Shown here piece by piece: positions 6,988 to 16,207 of a DNA stretch of 42,054 bases. Made by a program: the position numbers and the translations under genes. Source of the stretch: a virus. Lineage: Duplodnaviria > Caudoviricetes. Positions within the stretch are counted from its first letter, which is position 1, and each line of letters begins with the position of its first letter. A model generated the notes under the pieces. That model did no database searches, had not been told where the DNA came from, and saw only the letters and a program-made list of their open reading frames with translations. The stretch is taken from positions 1-42,054 of the IMG/VR virus record IMGVR_UViG_3300022697_000104; one strand, 5' to 3'.

Positions 6988-7251
6988 ATGCCTTGGCAAA
7001 AAAATCTAAACATAACTGATGTCTTGATTCCAAGTTACGATGGAGACCTACTTGTAATTTTTAACTATTTACCAAAAGAAGATTGTCATCCTAGTAGATT
7101 CACAAGTCTTTCAGAGTTTGAAGTTATGGAAGTATATAATGATAAAAACGAACTTTTAGAAGATTTGGATGAGTGTGAACTTTTAGATGCTCTGTTGGAC
7201 AGGGAAGATGAAATTATAGAAAGAGAAAGACTAAAAAATGCAAGCTTCTAG
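6988..7251 (+). CDS. Hypothetical acidic protein
   Basis: GGAG SD, 87 aa. Confidence 0.7.
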   Translation: MPWQKNLNITDVLIPSYDGDLLVIFNYLPKEDCHPSRFTSLSEFEVMEVYNDKNELLEDLDECELLDALLDREDEIIERERLKNASF

Positions 7252-8218
7252 CTACACTCCCAGAAGTCATCTAAGCATCACAACCTTGTGCAAATTCGCT
7301 GCTTGTCCGAGGAAGTTTTTCTACTATGCTCATGGACTTCAGAACTCTGGTACACGGGGACCATTTCTCTTTGGTGAGGCCATGCACCTAGCGTTTCCAA
7401 TAATTCTTTCTGGAGGATCAGTAAGCACCGCCCTTGATGCCTTCCGGGGGCTCTGGGATACAGCCTTGGATGACAAGAAACGAAATCTCGAAAATGCAGC
7501 TATGATTCTCGGAAACTTCGCGGCGAATCATGGGAAAAACCCACACACAGGAGTAACTAGAGGACTATACACCCTTATTGAACCACCTGGTGGAGCCTTG
7601 GAAATAAATGACCGAGTTAGTGATTACGAAGTACCTTTTGCCGTTGATATTGGACTCAAGGTTCCTCTGGTCGGAAGAATTGACGGATTTTGCAAGCACA
7701 GAGACACTGGAGAACTTTGGGGTTTAGAGTTCAAGACAACCAGTGGCGATCCGTATGGAAACTTATCTGAAGGTTTCCTACGAGCCTTTGACAAAAACCC
7801 ACAAACTGCAGGTTACTCAATGGCATTAAAGACTCTATGTCATGAAAATGTCCGTGGAGTAATACTTGATGCAACCTTAGTTTCTGCAAGGAAACAAGAC
7901 AATCTGCAATACCCTGTTTACATCAGTAACTCTGAGATTCAACACTTCATAACTTGGGCACAATACTACGGTAGCGTCTTACTTGAGATGGAGAAGCGTT
8001 TTTTAGAAACAGGAAAAGCTGATTCATTCCCACAATTTTACACGGGATGTCACCCTTATGCATCCTTTGGCACTGGAGGTTTCACTTGTGACTACAAAAT
8101 CCTATGTGATCAAGAAAACTGGAGAGATATGGAATCCGCCTTTGAAGTCTCCAAGAAAACGCCGTTCAGCATTGTGCCCCTTACTCAAGGAGCCAGTAAT
8201 GAGGTGCCCAAGACTTAA
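7238..8218 (+). CDS. PD-(D/E)XK exonuclease, RecB/Cas4-like
   Basis: HLSITT..CPRKF, GEAMH, YEVPF, GRIDG, LEFKTT, Q..GY, C-terminal Cys cluster. Confidence 0.88.
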   Translation: MQASSYTPRSHLSITTLCKFAACPRKFFYYAHGLQNSGTRGPFLFGEAMHLAFPIILSGGSVSTALDAFRGLWDTALDDKKRNLENAAMILGNFAANHGKNPHTGVTRGLYTLIEPPGGALEINDRVSDYEVPFAVDIGLKVPLVGRIDGFCKHRDTGELWGLEFKTTSGDPYGNLSEGFLRAFDKNPQTAGYSMALKTLCHENVRGVILDATLVSARKQDNLQYPVYISNSEIQHFITWAQYYGSVLLEMEKRFLETGKADSFPQFYTGCHPYASFGTGGFTCDYKILCDQENWRDMESAFEVSKKTPFSIVPLTQGASNEVPKT

Positions 8219-8435
8219 GGAAAAACTTTGTATTTTAATTAAAGATATGCAATTAGATGCATGTGAAACTTGCCATTTAGAAGTGGGTACTGGTACGCTT
8301 ACGAAAAATGAAATAGCTTATGCTAGAATATCTAGTTTTGTCATAGCCCTAATCAACAATACTGATAACGAAGAACTACAAAGAATATGTAAAAACAATG
8401 GACTTCTAACATCCTTAAAGGAACTTGGATTATGA
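8199..8435 (+). CDS. Hypothetical protein
   Basis: AAGGAG SD before ATG 8199; ATGA-coupled to the next gene. Confidence 0.6.
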   Translation: MRCPRLKEKLCILIKDMQLDACETCHLEVGTGTLTKNEIAYARISSFVIALINNTDNEELQRICKNNGLLTSLKELGL

Positions 8436-9547
8436 GAGACATTCCAAATTTAACAGAGATAAACAATAAGTTAACAAACCATGAACTAAGACTTAAAAGC
8501 TTGGAAGAAAATGATACTATTCCTCCAGAGATAGCTCCGCCAATTATAACACCCAACAACTTTCTAATTGGCATGAACGATGGATGGTGGCATAAGAGTT
8601 GGGACCCATCAAATCCAGGAAGCAATAAAAATATTTTGCACTCCCATCTAAAATATCGAAAACCAATAAGTAAATCAGGTATCCGTTTCATGGATACTTT
8701 AAGATGCAACGACTTAGGTATCATTACATTTGAACACATCGAAAACACGCTGAAAAAAAGTATTCTTCTTTGTAATAGACTAAATGTAGATTTTTACTAC
8801 AATTCTCACTGGATAATGCCACAAATAGAAGTCGAAAAATGTCTAAATCTTATTGACGAAACTCTTCATCCAGATTTAAAAATCTGGGGAGAACCTGCAA
8901 ATGAAATTTGGAATGCAAGCCAAAATCCATACAAATGGATTAAAGAAATGTTTGGTGTTGATTTAGGGCACGACAAATTCTTTGAAGAATGGGCAAGAGT
9001 AGCAAATAATCTTTACAATGCAATGGATAAGGTTTTACCTAGTACTCGAAAAAGCAAGAAAGTCTTAGCTGGACAGACTGCGAATCCCTGGGTAATTCGA
9101 CAAGTACATAAGAGAATAACTTATCCTATTGATGCAATGGCTCAGACAACCTATTACCGTCAAGGAGACTGGTATTCAGGAATAAGTGATAATGAATTTT
9201 TAACTAACTGTGAGACTAGATTCTTACCTGAAATGAAAATGGTTCTTAAACACCTTAAACAAACAACAGAAGTCTTTAAACTCAAACCTATAAGCTATGA
9301 GTCAAATCATCATTGGATAATTGATGGAAATGTTCAAGCAATGAAGCAAGTGAATAGACTTTTAGATCATCCAAGAAGTCTTAAAATGTTAAAAAGATCA
9401 CTCACAACTTGGTTTGATAACGGCGGAGAAGAAGCTTTTATCTACAGAGCTTTAGGTCTCAATGACTCTCATCACTCGTGGAGTTTGTCACAAGATGCAA
9501 ATGTTATAACTGATAGATACAATCTCATCGCAAACTTCGGGAACTAA
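8432..9547 (+). CDS. Glycoside-hydrolase-like TIM-barrel protein (clan GH-A-like)
   Basis: IRFMD, WGEPANEIWN (acid/base NE), ISYESNHH (nucleophile-like YE), HPR...W..GG. Confidence 0.6.
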   Translation: MRDIPNLTEINNKLTNHELRLKSLEENDTIPPEIAPPIITPNNFLIGMNDGWWHKSWDPSNPGSNKNILHSHLKYRKPISKSGIRFMDTLRCNDLGIITFEHIENTLKKSILLCNRLNVDFYYNSHWIMPQIEVEKCLNLIDETLHPDLKIWGEPANEIWNASQNPYKWIKEMFGVDLGHDKFFEEWARVANNLYNAMDKVLPSTRKSKKVLAGQTANPWVIRQVHKRITYPIDAMAQTTYYRQGDWYSGISDNEFLTNCETRFLPEMKMVLKHLKQTTEVFKLKPISYESNHHWIIDGNVQAMKQVNRLLDHPRSLKMLKRSLTTWFDNGGEEAFIYRALGLNDSHHSWSLSQDANVITDRYNLIANFGN

Positions 9548-9548
9548 A

Positions 9549-9845
9549 ATGCTGATAGATAACTACAAAAAATTCGAAGCACTGGCTGATTCTAATAGGT
9601 TAAAAATACTTGACTTGTTTGATCAAGTCTCCGAACTCACACCTACAATCATTGCCGAGTTAATTTCCATTAAACCAAGTCTTTGTACTCATCACTTACA
9701 AACCTTAAAACGTGCGGGATTTTTAGAAATTAACAAGGCAGGCAGAATGAAAATTGTAACTAGAAAAATAGACAATTTCCAAGACTTAAGTCTTGAACTT
9801 AATAACTTAGTCCAAGCACAGCAACTAAAGGAAAAATCCCAATGA
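9549..9845 (+). CDS. ArsR/SmtB-family winged-HTH regulator
   Basis: FEALADSNRLKILDL...IAELISIKPSLCTHHLQTLKRAGFL. Confidence 0.88.
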   Translation: MLIDNYKKFEALADSNRLKILDLFDQVSELTPTIIAELISIKPSLCTHHLQTLKRAGFLEINKAGRMKIVTRKIDNFQDLSLELNNLVQAQQLKEKSQ

Positions 9846-10582
9846 CAAAACTTAGTGAGCTTGACACAGGACCAAAAAAGATTCTACTCTATGGAGAACC
9901 TGGGTGTGGGAAAACAGCATGGGCACTTACACTTGGAGACAAGGCACTTTACATAGACTTTGACCGAGGCTTAGATACAGGTAAGAATCTTCAGGACAAA
10001 TTCACGGAACTCCGTGGCCTAGCAGAGATAGAAACTTTCTACGATGCAGACCCGGAAAAAGCTGACGGTTACGCAAGATTCAAGCAGTTCGTTATGCAAC
10101 TTAGTCGAGACTGTAAGGCAGGGAGTATTCAACAAAAGGTTTTAGTTATTGACAGCCTGACAGCTATGATTGATGCTGCCATGCATAGTATCTTGTCAAA
10201 TTCAGGACACCTCGGAGTTAATCCAACCATTGCTGAGTATGGCCTTGCACAGACAGATGTAACCAATGTTTTTAGAATACTTCGAGCGACAGATATTCAT
10301 GTAATCTGTCTGGCACATGTTTTTGTATTCCAAGAAGGTGGTCTTAATCAACCTGAAGTAACAAAAAGGAAAATCTATATTCAAGGAAATAAACTAGAAC
10401 CTAAGCTTACGCCTTATTTTGATGAAATTTGGTACATGGAAGTCTTTGGAGGAAAGAGGCGAATAAAAACACTGAACTCCGGTAGCCTATTGGCTAGAAC
10501 ACGATCACCCATTAAGCCTGTAATTGAAACAGATGATCTTTCACTAACTGAAATGTTTAAGCAGCTTGGTGAAGAAATATAA
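9842..10582 (+). CDS. AAA ATPase, Sak4/AAA_24-like recombination protein
   Basis: ILLYGEPGCGKT, LVIDSLT, VICLAH, YFDEIWY; lies between an exonuclease and an SSB. Confidence 0.85.
   Translation: MTKLSELDTGPKKILLYGEPGCGKTAWALTLGDKALYIDFDRGLDTGKNLQDKFTELRGLAEIETFYDADPEKADGYARFKQFVMQLSRDCKAGSIQQKVLVIDSLTAMIDAAMHSILSNSGHLGVNPTIAEYGLAQTDVTNVFRILRATDIHVICLAHVFVFQEGGLNQPEVTKRKIYIQGNKLEPKLTPYFDEIWYMEVFGGKRRIKTLNSGSLLARTRSPIKPVIETDDLSLTEMFKQLGEEI
10539..10553. promoter_or_regulatory. TTTCA-N5-TGAAA palindromic site
   Basis: TTTCACTAACTGAAA, identical to 18439-18453; about 75 nt upstream of the SSB start. Confidence 0.55.
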
Positions 10583-10626
10583 AACTTTAATTTTCCCCTC
10601 ATCCCTAGCAAAAAGGAAACTAATAA

Positions 10627-10998
10627 ATGTCAACTCTAAACGTAAACTTTGATGATGTACCCGATAGCAACACTCCAGAGCCAGGACAATACTCGGCTCA
10701 AATCACTGGCGTTCCTGAGCAAAAGCTTAACAAGCGTCAGGATGGAAACAACCTTGTGGTTGAAGTTTCTATCACTCAAGGTCCATTTGAAGGCCGCACA
10801 ATTCGAGACTATATCCCAATCGGGACTATGACCACCAAGATCAAGAGACTAGCTGCTGCTGCCGGAGTTGTTGCAGATGCAAATGGTCTGAATCTTGAAG
10901 AACTTGCAGGTAAGGACGTGCAAATTGTCGTGACAAATACACCATCCGATGATAACTCGCGTATGTATGCGAACATTGCAGACTATCTTCCTGCATAA
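10627..10998 (+). CDS. Single-stranded DNA-binding protein (DUF669-like OB fold)
   Basis: PEPGQYSAQI, GPFEGRTIRDYI, ELAGKDVQIVV, YANI; follows the Sak4-like ATPase. Confidence 0.75.
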   Translation: MSTLNVNFDDVPDSNTPEPGQYSAQITGVPEQKLNKRQDGNNLVVEVSITQGPFEGRTIRDYIPIGTMTTKIKRLAAAAGVVADANGLNLEELAGKDVQIVVTNTPSDDNSRMYANIADYLPA

Positions 10999-11048
10999 GA
11001 TAATTAACAACTAACTCTAAACAAACCTGCTAGGGAATGAGTAGAGAT

Positions 11049-11082
11049 AGAGAGAGGCAAGGGAGACTTTTCCTCTCTCTTT
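11049..11082 (+). terminator. Hairpin / probable terminator after SSB
   Basis: AGAGAGAGG ... CCTCTCTCT then TT. Confidence 0.55.
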
Positions 11083-11114
11083 GGAAAGAATAAACCTTAA
11101 AGGAGATTTTGGAC

Positions 11115-12224
11115 ATGCCTGCAAAACGCGAATTCTTAATGCTTGCACATACTTATAGTGAAAAGAAACATGGAGACAGCGTCGTTGGCTGGTTTATGAG
11201 TGAAAAGCTAGACGGAATCCGAGCCTTTTGGGATGGAGGAATCAGTCGAGGCGTTCCTGCACATGAAGTCCCTTGGGCGAATACTTTAAAAGATGCAAGG
11301 CTGAGAGTAACACCAATTGCAACGGGTTTATGGTCAAGGCGAGGTAATGTAATCCATGCACCAGATTTTTTCATATCGCAGTTACCAAGTTTCCCATTAG
11401 ACGGAGAACTTTTAGATGGGCAGTCTAGACAAAGCACACAAAGTAAAATATCAAAACATAAGCCATTAGATATCGAGTGGGAGAAGATAATTTATTATGT
11501 CTTTGAGTCTCCAACTTTAACTAAAGTTTTCGCTCCCGGACTTTACCGAGCAGACGCAAAAAATACTGTAGAAATAGATGCTAATTGGTGTAAGAGTTTT
11601 TTGGATGAGAGGATAGAAAAACTTCCTGGTATAGCTATACAACATCTCGATTGGGCTTTTAGCTTTAAGACTTTTGATGAAGTATGTTTGAACAATGAAG
11701 GATGGGATTATCTTACAACCAGTTCTCCTAATTTTAAATTTCTAAAGCAAGAGAAAATAAACAGTCTTGATGAAATGTATCATAAACTTGCAAGTATTCG
11801 AGAAGCTGGTGGAGAGGGTATTATGCTCCGCCGTCCAGAGTCAAGTTATGAATGTAAACGAAGCCATAATTTACTAAAACTCAAGAATATTTCTTTTGGA
11901 GAAGCTGAGGTAATAGGGTATACAACTGGAAGACAAACAGATCGTGGCAGTAAACTCCTTGGCCTTATGGGAAGTGTTTCGGTTAAATGGCGGGGAGCTA
12001 TTTTTGAACTTAGTGGATTTACGGAAAAGGAAAGAAATTTACAATTCATAGAGACAAATGGAGTTGGAGTTTCAGCACATGAATGGGCATCAATAAATCC
12101 AGATACTTATTGTCCTTTAGGCATAACAAATCCATTATTTCCTATAGGAGGCAAAATACTTTTTACTTATCGAGGACTTACTAATGATGGAATCCCAAAT
12201 GAAGGAAGATACAGGAGAACTTAA
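11115..12224 (+). CDS. ATP-dependent DNA ligase
   Basis: SEKLDGIR (adenylation KxDG), LDGEL, GGEGIMLR, LLKLK, OB domain ending TNDGIP. Confidence 0.93.
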   Translation: MPAKREFLMLAHTYSEKKHGDSVVGWFMSEKLDGIRAFWDGGISRGVPAHEVPWANTLKDARLRVTPIATGLWSRRGNVIHAPDFFISQLPSFPLDGELLDGQSRQSTQSKISKHKPLDIEWEKIIYYVFESPTLTKVFAPGLYRADAKNTVEIDANWCKSFLDERIEKLPGIAIQHLDWAFSFKTFDEVCLNNEGWDYLTTSSPNFKFLKQEKINSLDEMYHKLASIREAGGEGIMLRRPESSYECKRSHNLLKLKNISFGEAEVIGYTTGRQTDRGSKLLGLMGSVSVKWRGAIFELSGFTEKERNLQFIETNGVGVSAHEWASINPDTYCPLGITNPLFPIGGKILFTYRGLTNDGIPNEGRYRRT

Positions 12225-12226
12225 CA

Positions 12227-12481
12227 ATGATTATAAACAGAATTGTACAGATAGACTGGGTTGATAATAAAGTACTCACTGATCAATGGGAGTTTTACAA
12301 AGATTTGCCTTCTCTTAAATGTTATATGCGTAGAAGTATTGGGTTTGTATTAGAAGAAACGGATTTCTATATAACAATAGTTCAGTCTGTTACCCTAAAA
12401 GAGAAGGAAGAAAACAACCAAGTTTTAGGTTGTATGTCTATACCAAAAATTACAATAGAAAAAATTAAGGATTTATCATGA
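12227..12481 (+). CDS. Conserved-looking phage hypothetical protein
   Basis: WVD...SIGFV...IPK pattern; ATGA-coupled to the next gene. Confidence 0.7.
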   Translation: MIINRIVQIDWVDNKVLTDQWEFYKDLPSLKCYMRRSIGFVLEETDFYITIVQSVTLKEKEENNQVLGCMSIPKITIEKIKDLS

Positions 12482-13824
12482 CAGAAACAATAAATCTAGC
12501 ACCTGAACACTTAGAACCTCCTGATGGTTCAATCTCGATACATAAAATTAAGGTAGGGAAAAATAGAGGACGTAAAGAATTCAAAGGAGTCTTAGACTTA
12601 CGGGACTCTATAAAACAACACGGACTAATAAACCCAATAACCGTTTCTGAAAGACAAGATGGTTCTTATCACCTGATCGCTGGAGAGTCACGTCTTCAAG
12701 CGGCCTGCAAAATCCCTTGGTCAGAAATACCTTGCTATATTAAAACAGGCCTTAGTGAACTACAGGAAAAAGAGCTAGAGCTAGAGGAAAATCTCCGCAG
12801 AAACAATCTCTCTTGGGAAGAAGAATGTACGTTAATGGAGCAGATTGATGCTATAAAAAGGGAAACACATGGAAATGCAATTTCTGGGTCTAAGGAAAAC
12901 AAAGGTTGGAAACTTGAAGACACCGCTAAGCTAACAGGCAAATCTATAGGTAATGCTTCACAACAAATTAACTTCGCAAAGAAAATGAAAGAAAGGCCTG
13001 ATATAAAGGAGAGAGTTTCTCATCTACCTTTCTCTCATGCAATGAAAGAATTTGATAGGATACTTGAAGCCGAGAAATTAGAGCGACTTCATGCTGCAGG
13101 GAAACTTGACACAACTCTAGACTTTAGACTCGGTGATGCAAGGGAACTTGTTAAAACACTAGAATCCGAATCAGTAGACTTGGCTCTTTGGGACCCACCA
13201 TTTGGAATAGATGAACTAGAGGAAACAAACAGTGATACTAAGAGTGGAAAACTTAAAGAGTTTGATAACCTAGATAGTGCTACTGCATCTAAGTTGTTTG
13301 ATAATTTAACCAAGGAAATGTACAGAGTTCTAAAACCCGGTGGACATTTTTATATCTTTTTCTCATTCAATAACTATGAAAGTTTTACCTTAAGCCTTGC
13401 CTTAGCAGGACTTGAGTTATCTGATGTTCCAATTATCTGGGACAAGCAGACAAGTACTACAATATTCAAAGGTTATAATTTCATGTCAGCTTACGAGCCC
13501 GTTCTTTATGGATGGAAACCTCCAAAGACTCGGAGACTATCTGAGCCTTGTAAGAACATAATTCAATGCAAAGGCGTTTCTAAAAAAGGAAAACTTCATG
13601 CCTTCGAGAAACCGGTGGAACTCTTGGCGAAACTTATTAAAATGTCTAGTAACTTGGGTGATACCGTTCTTGATCTTACTGCTGGTAGTGGTAGTACACT
13701 TTCTGCTGCTGTTGAAACTGGAAGAAAACCAATAGGTTTTGAACTTGATAAGGAACATTATTTGCGGGCACTTGCACGGTTGGAAGATGACGAGAACTTT
13801 TTAAAGGAAAAAGGAAATGCCTAA
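12478..13824 (+). CDS. ParB-like domain + HTH fused to an N6/N4 DNA methyltransferase (beta class)
   Basis: GLINPITV, LIAGESRLQA, EENLRR, HTH (LEDTAKLTGKSIGNASQQI); WDPPF, HAFEKP, VLDLTAGSGST. Confidence 0.9.
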   Translation: MTETINLAPEHLEPPDGSISIHKIKVGKNRGRKEFKGVLDLRDSIKQHGLINPITVSERQDGSYHLIAGESRLQAACKIPWSEIPCYIKTGLSELQEKELELEENLRRNNLSWEEECTLMEQIDAIKRETHGNAISGSKENKGWKLEDTAKLTGKSIGNASQQINFAKKMKERPDIKERVSHLPFSHAMKEFDRILEAEKLERLHAAGKLDTTLDFRLGDARELVKTLESESVDLALWDPPFGIDELEETNSDTKSGKLKEFDNLDSATASKLFDNLTKEMYRVLKPGGHFYIFFSFNNYESFTLSLALAGLELSDVPIIWDKQTSTTIFKGYNFMSAYEPVLYGWKPPKTRRLSEPCKNIIQCKGVSKKGKLHAFEKPVELLAKLIKMSSNLGDTVLDLTAGSGSTLSAAVETGRKPIGFELDKEHYLRALARLEDDENFLKEKGNA

Positions 13825-16207
13825 TGTCCCCGGCTATGGTTCACCTAATGCAAAAATTGCTATAGTTGGCGAAACTCCAGGAGAACAAGACGAGAGGCAG
13901 GGAATTCCATTTACAGGTTCAAGTGGACAACTACTCAATGGAATGTTAATGAGTGCGGGACTTGATAAACGAAATTGTTATTTAACTCATGTTATTAAAA
14001 CTCGGCCAAAGTCTGGTAATTTTGGAGTATTCTATGAAGATAAAACACGCCGTATCCCGAGCAAAATGCTCCAAGACTCTAAGACAGAACTCTTGGCAGA
14101 AATTCAGAGACTCAAACCCAACGTGGTTATTGCTCTTGGAGTGGAAGCCATGCGAGCTCTTACCGGGAAAATGTCTATTGAAAAATACAGAGGTTCCGTT
14201 CTTGAGACCGTGGACAAAATCAAAGTCATCCCAACATATCATCCCTCGTATATTTTCCGCGTGTACAAACATCGTCCTATCGTGGAACTTGATTTCAAAA
14301 AGGCGAAAGAGGAAAGTACTTTTCGGGAAAATAAATACACTCCACCCAAGTTTGAAATTTGTCCAAACTTCAAACAAGTCATGGGAAGATTACAATGGAT
14401 TAAATCTGAAAAGCCTAGAATAGCTTTTGATGTTGAAAGCTCTGGACGTGTTATTAGATGCCTTGGAATTGGATGGAAAACCAAGATTCTCAATAATGCA
14501 CAATCAATATGTATCCCTTTCGCGTGCCGAGCTGGAGTTAGGAATCAAAACAGAAATATTCTTATGCTACCCTCATCAGATCAAGACTTTTTGGGAACGA
14601 GTTATTGGAGTCTTGAAGAAGAACAAGAAATTCTAAAGTTTCTTAATGAAATTTTCTTAGACAGAGACATTCCAAAAGTTCTTCAAAACCATCCCTTTGA
14701 CGCTGAGTTACTTTGGAAAGAATTTGGACTACAAATTCGTGGCCTCCACATGGATACTATGGTTGCTCAACATTGTTGTTATTCAGAACTACCAAAGTCT
14801 CTAGACTTTCTCACATCAATCTACACGGATATACCTTATTATGCAGATTACGATGCCAGCAACGACGAATCTACTTTTATCTACAACTGTTTCGACTGCG
14901 TTGCCACCGTGCGAAGTTCTTATAGACTTGACGAAGAACTTGAGACAATGCAACTCACCGAGTTTTATCACAATCATGCTCAACCCGAGATGGAAGCTCT
15001 TACTAGATTGCAGAACAGGGGGATTCCAGTTAATGAATCAACTAGACAACAAATGCGTGTTGATCTGGAAGAACGAGTCGCTAAAAATAAACAACTAATG
15101 TCTAAAGAACTTGGAGAAACATTCAATCCTCGTTCTCATGTTCAGATGAAGAAATTACTATATGAGAAACTTAAAATACCACCGATTTATGACAGGAAAA
15201 CAAAGAAACTTTCCAGCAATACTAAGGCAATAGAAAAGATAGTAAAAAAGTATCCACAACATAAAGAATTGTTAAATGGCATTATCAGTTTCAAAAGCAC
15301 AGAGAAATTAATTAAACGATTTCTTACAAACCCGCTTAGAGAAGGTCGTCAGTTTACATCTTTCAATGGAACAGGAACTGTTACAGGAAGACTATCTAGC
15401 AGTGAAAATATCTGGGGGGAAGGAGATAACTTACAAAACATTAATCGTGGACCTATTCGTAAGATATTTGCATGCGAAAAAAATGAATGGTGGATTAAGG
15501 TTGATCTCTCGCAGGCTGAAGCTAGAGCCGTTGCTTGGATTGCGAAAATTAGAGTTCTTATTGATAAATTTGCCAATGATCCGCACTTCGACATTCATAC
15601 ATGGAATGCAGCAACAAACATATTCCATGTACCAGAAGACACCATCACAGAAGAGCAACGACATAGATCAAAGTGTGGAGTACACGGGGGAAACTATGGT
15701 CTAAGGGAAGTCACAGCTGCCGCTATTTATAAAATTCCCATAGCAGAAGCTAAACTAGCCATAGATGGATATCAACAAGGTGTAGAAATTGAAAGACTTT
15801 ACTGGAAAACAACACAACTTGAACTTACTACAACTAGGTGTCTTCGTTCTCCAATGGGCCGACAAAGAATATTTTTTGACAGGTTAAACGATGAGACTTA
15901 TAGAAGTGGCTATAGTACTGTTCCTCAATCTTTAGTTGCTGACATTATCGCTCGTTCTATCTTTGTCCTTGATATACTTCTCAAAGATACTGGTTACAAT
16001 ATTGTTTTGCAGGTGCATGACGAACTTAACTTCGTTGGTCCAAAGGAAAATCTTGAAAAAGTAATGCCTTTGATACTCGAAGTTATGGAGTTTCCTGTAG
16101 ACTTCAGTGACTATAATGGAATCTCTGAACCTATGATTATTCCTGCTGATGCAAGTTATGGACCAAGTTGGTATAAGGAAGACCAAATTGAATGGACCCG
16201 TAAATAA
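13817..16207 (+). CDS. polA: Family A DNA polymerase with N-terminal uracil-DNA-glycosylase domain and 3'-5' exonuclease
   Basis: UDG: GETPGEQD..PFTGSSG, TYHPS; Exo: FDVES, NHPFD, YNCFD; Pol: TGRLSS, DLSQAEAR, KCGVHGGNYG, VHDE. Confidence 0.95.
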   Translation: MPNVPGYGSPNAKIAIVGETPGEQDERQGIPFTGSSGQLLNGMLMSAGLDKRNCYLTHVIKTRPKSGNFGVFYEDKTRRIPSKMLQDSKTELLAEIQRLKPNVVIALGVEAMRALTGKMSIEKYRGSVLETVDKIKVIPTYHPSYIFRVYKHRPIVELDFKKAKEESTFRENKYTPPKFEICPNFKQVMGRLQWIKSEKPRIAFDVESSGRVIRCLGIGWKTKILNNAQSICIPFACRAGVRNQNRNILMLPSSDQDFLGTSYWSLEEEQEILKFLNEIFLDRDIPKVLQNHPFDAELLWKEFGLQIRGLHMDTMVAQHCCYSELPKSLDFLTSIYTDIPYYADYDASNDESTFIYNCFDCVATVRSSYRLDEELETMQLTEFYHNHAQPEMEALTRLQNRGIPVNESTRQQMRVDLEERVAKNKQLMSKELGETFNPRSHVQMKKLLYEKLKIPPIYDRKTKKLSSNTKAIEKIVKKYPQHKELLNGIISFKSTEKLIKRFLTNPLREGRQFTSFNGTGTVTGRLSSSENIWGEGDNLQNINRGPIRKIFACEKNEWWIKVDLSQAEARAVAWIAKIRVLIDKFANDPHFDIHTWNAATNIFHVPEDTITEEQRHRSKCGVHGGNYGLREVTAAAIYKIPIAEAKLAIDGYQQGVEIERLYWKTTQLELTTTRCLRSPMGRQRIFFDRLNDETYRSGYSTVPQSLVADIIARSIFVLDILLKDTGYNIVLQVHDELNFVGPKENLEKVMPLILEVMEFPVDFSDYNGISEPMIIPADASYGPSWYKEDQIEWTRK

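Noticed and set aside
7238-8218. Cas4 as part of a CRISPR system
   Set aside because: No array or other cas genes; the context (Sak4-like ATPase, SSB) indicates a recombination exonuclease
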